From Candidatus Omnitrophota bacterium (lineage in GTDB: Bacteria; Omnitrophota; Gorgyraeia; Zapsychrales; Fredricksoniimonadaceae), in contig CAIOTT010000022.1 of NCBI GenBank assembly GCA_903861305.1, positions 4,049 through 68,048 of the forward strand: 64,000 nt of DNA, read 5' to 3'. Shown piece after piece: positions 58,457 to 64,000 of the stretch (within the stretch, counting starts at the first letter, position 1; each line of letters begins with the position of its first letter). The position numbers and the translations under genes were made by a program. The notes below the pieces were generated by a model. The model saw nothing but the letters and a program-made list of their open reading frames with translations. It had not been told where the DNA came from and made no database searches.

Positions 58457-58487
58457 ACGAAGAACCGCTTAGACTATAAAGAACACG

Positions 58488-58889
58488 TTACTGGAGCTCA
58501 ACCTTCGCGCCAGCAGCCTCGAGCTTTTTCTTCAGGTCTTCAGCTTCTTCCTTCGACGCGTCTTCCTTGACGGTCTTGGGAGCACCCTCGACGAGATCCT
58601 TGGCTTCTTTCAAGCCCAGGTTCGTGATGGCACGGACTTCTTTAATAACGTTGATCTTATTCGCGCCCGCTTCTTTGAGGACGACCTTGAACGAAGTCTT
58701 TTCCTCAACAGGTGCCGCGGCAGCAGCGCCCGCAGCAGGACCCGCCATCATCATCGGCGCAGCGGCCGAGATGCCGAACTTTGTCTCAAGCGCTTTCACG
58801 AGATCAGACAGCTCAAGAGCTGTCAGCCCCTCGATAGACTTGATAAGCTCCGCGAGCTTAGGCGAAAGAGCAGTAGTGTTCTCAGACAT
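58488..58889 (-). CDS. rplL: 50S ribosomal protein L7/L12
   Basis: Ala-rich hinge then [33 protein letters not shown]. Confidence 0.97.
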   Translation of the reverse strand: MSENTTALSPKLAELIKSIEGLTALELSDLVKALETKFGISAAAPMMMAGPAAGAAAAAPVEEKTSFKVVLKEAGANKINVIKEVRAITNLGLKEAKDLVEGAPKTVKEDASKEEAEDLKKKLEAAGAKVELQ

Positions 58890-58891
58890 GA

Positions 58892-59422
58892 TCAGTTACC
58901 TCCCCTTTTTTCACTTATTTGTTTCAAGATCGAAAGTAATTCGACTGTTTTTCCGTTTAACGTCCTCGCCAGTCGCGTTATAGGCGACTGCAAGGTACCC
59001 AGCAACTGTGCCAGAAGGACTTCCTTGGCCGGCAGGCTGGAGAGCCGCTTGATATCGGCAGCGCCGAGAAGCTGGCTGCTGACAACCCCGCCGCGAATGG
59101 CGATGTTCTCGTTCTTTTCTGCGAATTTGATCAAAAGCTTGGCGATATCGACAGCGTCGGTATTCGTCCATATGAAAAGCGTCTGTCCGTCAAGCTTATC
59201 TGTGATCGGAGCCAGGACCGTCCCTTTCAGACCCACACGCGCCAGCGAATTGCGCGACATGTAGACCTTGGCTTTCTTCTGCTGGAGCGCCTTGCGCAAC
59301 GTGCAGATATCTCCGGAAGAAACATTACGGAAATTGATCACGAAAGCGCTGGACTGGTTTTCGATGCCGTCACGAACTGTTTTTGTGATCTTCTCTCTGT
59401 AAATCTTGCCGATCTTCGTCAT
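58892..59422 (-). CDS. rplJ: 50S ribosomal protein L10
   Basis: 176 aa, canonical rplA-rplJ-rplL position. [20 protein letters not shown]. Confidence 0.95.
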   Translation of the reverse strand: MTKIGKIYREKITKTVRDGIENQSSAFVINFRNVSSGDICTLRKALQQKKAKVYMSRNSLARVGLKGTVLAPITDKLDGQTLFIWTNTDAVDIAKLLIKFAEKNENIAIRGGVVSSQLLGAADIKRLSSLPAKEVLLAQLLGTLQSPITRLARTLNGKTVELLSILKQISEKRGGN

Positions 59423-60102
59423 AGCGCCACCTTAACTCCCACACCCATGGTTGTGGACAAATAAACGCTCTTGATGAAAACGCCTTTCACTGATGCCGGC
59501 TTCGCATGCTCGACCGCTTCAATGAGGTTCTTGGCATTCACGTAGAGCTTGTCTTCACTGAACGACCGCTTGCCGACGCCCAGGTGGATGCCACCCTGTT
59601 TGTCGTTCTTGAACTCCACGCGGCCGGCTTTAACTTCCCTGAGCGCACGCTCGATATCCGCCGTGACCGTGCCAGCTTTGGGGCTGGGCATGAGGCCGCG
59701 AGGACCGAGGACTTTTCCGAGCTTGCTCAGGTCTCTCATCATATCCGGGGTTGCGATGAGGCAATCGAAACCCAGGAATCCTTTGTCGATCTTCTCAATA
59801 AGGTCCTGGCTGCCGACAAAATCCGCGCCGGCATCCTTGGCCTTGTTAACATTCTCACCTTGGCATACCACAGCGACCTTAAGAGATTTCCCGGTCCCGT
59901 GCGGCAGGACAATGGTCCCGCGGATATTCTGGTCCGATGCCTTGAGATTAAGGTTCAGGTTGAAATGAAGCTCGACTGTCTCGTCAAACTTGACTTTAGG
60001 GGCCCGCTGGACGACCGTAATGGCATCCTTTAAGGGGTACGCCTTGACAACATCGAGATTCTTATATGCTTCTTTAACGCGCTTGCTGGTCTTTGTTACC
60101 AT
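59419..60102 (-). CDS. rplA: 50S ribosomal protein L1
   Basis: FDETVELHFNLNLNLKASDQNIRGTIVLPHGTGK. Confidence 0.97.
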   Translation of the reverse strand: MVTKTSKRVKEAYKNLDVVKAYPLKDAITVVQRAPKVKFDETVELHFNLNLNLKASDQNIRGTIVLPHGTGKSLKVAVVCQGENVNKAKDAGADFVGSQDLIEKIDKGFLGFDCLIATPDMMRDLSKLGKVLGPRGLMPSPKAGTVTADIERALREVKAGRVEFKNDKQGGIHLGVGKRSFSEDKLYVNAKNLIEAVEHAKPASVKGVFIKSVYLSTTMGVGVKVAL

Positions 60103-60107
60103 GTGAT

Positions 60108-60533
60108 TTAATCCTTTATCGCGATTCCCATGCTTCTCGCGGTCCCTGTGACCACGCGAACGGCCTGCTGAAGATCGCCGGTGTTCAGGTCATCCATCTT
60201 CAGTTTGGCGATCTCTTCGACCTGAGCGCGTGTCAACGTGGCGATGGTCTGTTTGCCGGCTTCACCTGACGCTTTCGCGACTTTAGCCGCCTTCTTCAGA
60301 AGGGCCGAGCTCGGCGGGGTCTTGATGATGAAATCGAACGATTTATCCTTGTAAATATTGATGATGACCGGCAACGGCATAGGGTCACGGCCCTTGGTCT
60401 GCTCGTTGAACTTCTTGCAAAACTCCATGATGTTGACGCCATGCTGGCCGAGCGCCGGACCGACTGGCGGCGCAGGATTCGCCTGCCCTGCCGTCACGTA
60501 AAGATTTACCTTAGCAACCTGTTCTTTTGCCAT
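60108..60533 (-). CDS. rplK: 50S ribosomal protein L11
   Basis: AGQANPAPPVGPALGQHGVNIMEFCKKFN. Confidence 0.97.
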   Translation of the reverse strand: MAKEQVAKVNLYVTAGQANPAPPVGPALGQHGVNIMEFCKKFNEQTKGRDPMPLPVIINIYKDKSFDFIIKTPPSSALLKKAAKVAKASGEAGKQTIATLTRAQVEEIAKLKMDDLNTGDLQQAVRVVTGTARSMGIAIKD

Positions 60534-60554
60534 ATTTTTTCCTGATCGTGATGG

Positions 60555-61079
60555 TTAGATTTTCTCGACCTGCCAGTACTCGAGCTCAACAAGGGTGGAG
60601 CGGCCGAACACCGGCACGCTGACCTTGAGCTTCCCGCGGTCGGGATAGACTTCCGTCACGGAACCGTTAAAATTCGCGAACGGCCCCTGCGTGATGCGGA
60701 TCGGTTCGTTGATATCGAAAACGATCTTGGGCGAGGGTTTAGACTCGGTCTCGACCGTTCTCTTGAGAATGTTGTTCACTTCTGTTTCTGAAAGCTTCTG
60801 CGGCTGACGGCCAGGACCGATGAAACTGGTAACGCCGGGTGTTGTCTTGATGAGATACCAGCTCTCCTTGGTCATGTTCATCTTGATCAGGATGTAGCCG
60901 GGAAAGAATTTTCTGGTGGTGATGCGCTTTTTGCCGCCGCGAACCTCGGATACCTGCTCGGTCGGGACAACGATCTCTTCCACGTAATTCTTGAGCTCGG
61001 TGGTTTGAATGCGGCGGTCAATACCCGCTTTCGCGCGTTCCTCGGCCCCTGTCTGTGTGTGAATAACGTACCAGTCCAT
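60555..61079 (-). CDS. nusG: Transcription termination/antitermination factor NusG
   Basis: MDWYVIHTQTGAEERAK (NGN), C-terminal KOW (ITQGPFANFNGSVTEV). Confidence 0.96.
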   Translation of the reverse strand: MDWYVIHTQTGAEERAKAGIDRRIQTTELKNYVEEIVVPTEQVSEVRGGKKRITTRKFFPGYILIKMNMTKESWYLIKTTPGVTSFIGPGRQPQKLSETEVNNILKRTVETESKPSPKIVFDINEPIRITQGPFANFNGSVTEVYPDRGKLKVSVPVFGRSTLVELEYWQVEKI

Positions 61080-61085
61080 TGTTCC

Positions 61086-61271
61086 TTATCTGACGATAAC
61101 GTGCATTCCCCGGGAAAGCAGGAGATCGGTCGATGTGATGAACAGCCCGAGGCAGATGGCACTGATCAGCACGATCCACGTCGCATTGATCAGGTCCTTG
61201 CGGGGAGTCCAGGAGACCTTCTTTATCTCCGCGACCACTTCATCGATGAATGTTTTAACGTCCGCTATCAT
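61086..61271 (-). CDS. secE: Preprotein translocase subunit SecE
   Basis: 61 aa. FIDEVVAEIKKVSWTPRKDLINATWIVLISAICLGLFI. Canonical secE-nusG position. Confidence 0.9.
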   Translation of the reverse strand: MIADVKTFIDEVVAEIKKVSWTPRKDLINATWIVLISAICLGLFITSTDLLLSRGMHVIVR

Positions 61272-61280
61272 AATAATTCA

Positions 61281-61354
61281 CAGGCCAGGCAGGATTCGAA
61301 CCTGCAACCTGCGGTTTTGGAGACCGTCGCTCTACCAGTTAGAGCTACTGGCCT
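61281..61354 (-). tRNA. tRNA-Trp (anticodon CCA), no encoded CCA
   Basis: AGGCCAG-TA-GCTC/TAACTGGTA/GAGC-G-ACGGT/CTCCAAA/ACCGC-AGGTT-GCAGG/TTCGAAT/CCTGC-CTGGCCT-G. 74 nt. Confidence 0.9.
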
Positions 61355-61362
61355 AAGTTTTC

Positions 61363-61515
61363 TTATTTCTTCATTTCTTTGTGCGGCAAATGCTTCCTGC
61401 AAAAAGGACAATACTTCTTGAGCTCAAGACGCTCAGGTTTCTTTTTTTTGTCCTTCATGCCGGAGTAGTTGATCCGCTGACACTCGGTACACTGGAAATG
61501 TATGATCTCGCGCAT
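61363..61515 (-). CDS. rpmG: 50S ribosomal protein L33 (zinc-ribbon type; below the track cutoff)
   Basis: Hand translation: [53 protein letters not shown] at 61513-61515, stop tta at 61363-61365. AGGA SD upstream. Confidence 0.9.
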   Translation of the reverse strand: MREIIHFQCTECQRINYSGMKDKKKKPERLELKKYCPFCRKHLPHKEMKK

Positions 61516-61548
61516 AGATCCTGTCTTGTGTTAAACGATGCCGATATC

Positions 61549-61624
<76 letters not shown>

Positions 61625-61677
61625 ACAAATGCAATCCCGTCTGCTCTCGCGAGCGGCCACGGAATAAATGAACGTGA

Positions 61678-61706
61678 AGTATAGCCAATGCCCTTGCTTT
61701 TGTCAA
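61678..61706 (-). promoter_or_regulatory. Near-consensus sigma70 promoter TTGACA-N17-TATACT driving tRNA-Thr and the downstream ribosomal super-operon
   Basis: Reverse complement of tgtcaa (61701-61706) and agtata (61678-61683) with an exact 17-nt spacer, about 50 nt upstream of the tRNA-Thr 5' end. A run of seven T's on the minus strand sits just upstream, after tyrS. Confidence 0.65.
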
Positions 61707-61766
61707 GCTAATAAAGTCGACAAACAAAAAAACTGGATGGATCCGAAGCGTGGCCCGACGGAGAAA

Positions 61767-62939
61767 CTACTGCAACTTCAGAAAACGACGCTTGCCTATC
61801 TTCAGCACACCGGGCGCCGGGATCCAACCCTCATCCGCGACCGGTTGCCCGTTGAAGGAGATCGCGCCCTGCTTGATCAGGCGGCGCGCCTCGTTCTTTG
61901 ACGGCACTGCGGCTGCTTTCACGAGAATGTCGACCAGCCCCGCGCTTCCCTGCACCAGCTGTGCAAGTGGAACAACCTGGATATCGTCGGGGACCTGTTT
62001 TTGCGAAAAAACATTCTCGAAATGCGCCCGTGCGTCACGGACTGCGTCGGCTCCGTGAAACTGCCCGACGATCTCGCCGGCAAGTTTCATCTTGGCCTCC
62101 TTCGGATGCATCGAACGGACAGCCGCAAGATCATCGTCCGTCAGAAGCTCGAAGTATCTTTCCATCAGCTTGTCACTGATCGACATCACCTTGCCGAAGA
62201 TCTCACGCGGCGGCTCGTTGATGCCGATGTAATTCCCGAGGGACTTGGACATCTTTTGAACACCGTCGAGCCCCTCGAGCAGAGGGGTCATCACGACCGC
62301 CTGCGGCGGTTGGCCGTAGGCTTCCTGCATCTGACGGCCCATCAAAAGATTGAATTTCTGGTCAGACCCCCCGAGCTCCACGTCGGCCTTCAGGTGCACC
62401 GAATCATACCCCTGCAGCAGCGGGTAAATGAACTCGAGAAGGCTGATCTCCCGCCCCTCGTCAAAACGCTTCTTGAAGTCCGCCCGCGCCAGTGTCTGGG
62501 CCACGGTCGCGTGCGCCGTGAGTTCCATCAACTGCTGGGCGCTGAACGCGCCGAACCAGTGGCTGTTAAAGACCACCCGGGTCTTTTCCGGGTCAAGGAC
62601 CTTGAATACCTGGTCCTTGTAAGTCACGGCATTCCGGTCAATGTCCTCACGGGTCATCTTCTTGCGCAATTCATTGCGCCCCGTAGGATCTCCCACCTGC
62701 GCGGTAAAATCGCCGATCAGGAACACCACCGTATGCCCCAGTTCCTGGAACTGGCGCATCTTTCTCAAAAGAACAACATGCCCCAGATGGATATCCGGCG
62801 CCGTAGGATCAAAGCCCGCCTTGACGACCAAGGGCTTTCCTTCCTGCGCGCTTTTAGCCAGCTTTTTCTCCAACAGCTCGACGCTGATGATCTCCGTCGT
62901 GCCGCGTGAAATGGCCCGCAAGGCCTCCTGGGTATCCAT
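61767..62939 (-). CDS. tyrS: Tyrosine--tRNA ligase
   Basis: HIGH-type motif PDIHLGH, KMSKS present (VQKMSKSLGN), C-terminal S4-like domain (KNEARRLIKQGAISFNG). Confidence 0.93.
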   Translation of the reverse strand: MDTQEALRAISRGTTEIISVELLEKKLAKSAQEGKPLVVKAGFDPTAPDIHLGHVVLLRKMRQFQELGHTVVFLIGDFTAQVGDPTGRNELRKKMTREDIDRNAVTYKDQVFKVLDPEKTRVVFNSHWFGAFSAQQLMELTAHATVAQTLARADFKKRFDEGREISLLEFIYPLLQGYDSVHLKADVELGGSDQKFNLLMGRQMQEAYGQPPQAVVMTPLLEGLDGVQKMSKSLGNYIGINEPPREIFGKVMSISDKLMERYFELLTDDDLAAVRSMHPKEAKMKLAGEIVGQFHGADAVRDARAHFENVFSQKQVPDDIQVVPLAQLVQGSAGLVDILVKAAAVPSKNEARRLIKQGAISFNGQPVADEGWIPAPGVLKIGKRRFLKLQ

Positions 62940-62960
62940 AAACGCCTTCCGCGCCGGTTA

Positions 62961-64000
62961 TTAGACCCTGGCGCTGACGCCGATCTTCATCTGCTCAACA
63001 TCGACCTTGATGACCTTGACCTTGATCTTGTCGCCGGCCTTGAGCTTCCCGGCCTCTTCCTTGTCGATCTCGGATGAATAGATCAGCGCTTCAACATCCT
63101 CTTCCAGCTTCACAAAAACGCCGAAGTTCGAATTCATGATGACCGTGGCGTCGATGACCGTGTCGATCGGGAACTTCCTGCCGATCTCGCTCCAGGGATT
63201 AGGCTGAAGCTGTTTCAGGCCCAGGGTGATCTTGCGATTCTTCCCGTCAACGGCGAGAACAACAACCTCGACCTGCTGGCCCTTCTGCAGGATCTCCTGC
63301 GGATGGTTGACCTTCTTGGTCCAGGACATATCGGAAACATGGATCATCCCCTCGAGGCCGTGCTCCAGTTCGACGAACGCGCCGTAATCCGCGAAACCCC
63401 GCACCGTGCCCTTGACGCGCGCGTTGACCGGGAATTTCTCTTCGGCCTTAAGCCACGGGTTATCCTCGAGTTGCTTCATGCTGAGGGAAATACGCTTGGA
63501 ATCCTTGTCCACGTTAATGATCTGCACATCGACCTGCTGGCCGGTGGTGAACATTTCCTGGGGATTGACCATCTTTTTCTGCCAGGTGATCTCAGAAGCG
63601 TGCAACAAACCTTCAATGCCCTTGTCGATCTCGACAAAGACGCCATAAGGCATGATATTGACGACCTTGCCCTTAACGACAGTGCCTGTCGGGTATTTAT
63701 CATAAACGCCTTCCCAGGGATTGGCCGTGATCTGCTTGAGCCCGAGGGAAACCTTGGAATTCTCCTTGTCGAAATCGAGGATCACGATCTCCAGGCGGTC
63801 GCCCAGGCGCACGATCTCGGACGGATGGCTGATGCGCGACCAGCTCATGTCCGTGATATGCAAAAGGCCGTCCACGCCACCGAGGTCGATGAAAGCGCCG
63901 AAATCCGTGATACCCTTGACAATGCCCGTGCGGCGCTGGCCCTTTTCGAGCTTCGCCCAGAGGACCTCGCGGTTCTCTTCGCGCTCTTTCTGCACCACTT
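62961..64000 (-). CDS. rpsA: 30S ribosomal protein S1, 3' part (N-terminus beyond the right edge)
   Basis: At least four S1 repeats (G.V....FGAF(V/I)(D/E)L..(G/V)(I/L)(E/D)GL(L/I)H.S(D/E)) in the 345 codons visible. Open to the window edge. Confidence 0.93.
   Translation of the reverse strand, partial: VVQKEREENREVLWAKLEKGQRRTGIVKGITDFGAFIDLGGVDGLLHITDMSWSRISHPSEIVRLGDRLEIVILDFDKENSKVSLGLKQITANPWEGVYDKYPTGTVVKGKVVNIMPYGVFVEIDKGIEGLLHASEITWQKKMVNPQEMFTTGQQVDVQIINVDKDSKRISLSMKQLEDNPWLKAEEKFPVNARVKGTVRGFADYGAFVELEHGLEGMIHVSDMSWTKKVNHPQEILQKGQQVEVVVLAVDGKNRKITLGLKQLQPNPWSEIGRKFPIDTVIDATVIMNSNFGVFVKLEEDVEALIYSSEIDKEEAGKLKAGDKIKVKVIKVDVEQMKIGVSARV

Overview
The window is a dense, almost entirely minus-strand stretch of bacterial chromosome with no CRISPR array, transposase, integrase or rRNA. 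All calls rest on motif recognition and hand translation, because no homology search, RNA folding or composition calculation could be run.

Positions 31.3-61.7 kb form one uninterrupted ribosomal 'super-operon'. In transcription order it runs tRNA-Thr, rpmG, tRNA-Trp, secE, nusG, rplKAJL, rpoBC, rpsLG, fusA, tuf, then the S10, spc and alpha blocks ending in rpoA and rplQ. It begins at a near-consensus sigma70 promoter.

The left half (0-31 kb) carries these genes:
- Housekeeping genes: uvrB, aroB, thiE, gmhA, rfaE2, pfk, accBC, efp, aroQ, lipB, an IDH-family gene, pilT and an aminotransferase.
- Accessory-looking genes: two tandem PilZ genes divergent from an ExeA/GspB-like pair, and SH3b, SPOR and LysM-M23 envelope proteins.
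- A PVC-type 'small basic protein'.
- A GT28 / HtrB-like acyltransferase / GT2 glycolipid trio fused to a lipB-lipoyl-domain pair.
- A five-gene, fully overlap-coupled block of nucleotide-acting proteins.

I found five coding sequences missing from the ORF track by hand translation: rpmJ, rpmG, a Trm112-like gene, a 55-aa membrane peptide and an edge-truncated lipoprotein. I also mapped three tRNAs.

The small basic protein, Lys/Ala-rich ribosomal-protein tails and absence of L30 suggest an uncultivated PVC/Omnitrophota-like lineage, but this is only an inference.

The best candidates for something new are:
- The overlap-coupled ATPase / YfcE / HIT / dGTPase-like / degenerate HD-GYP block at 9.4-14.2 kb.
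- The glycolipid plus lipoyl-carrier operon at 24.3-27.8 kb.
- The repeated 'tRNA, then 9-11 nt, then ATG' architecture.

None of these is proven.
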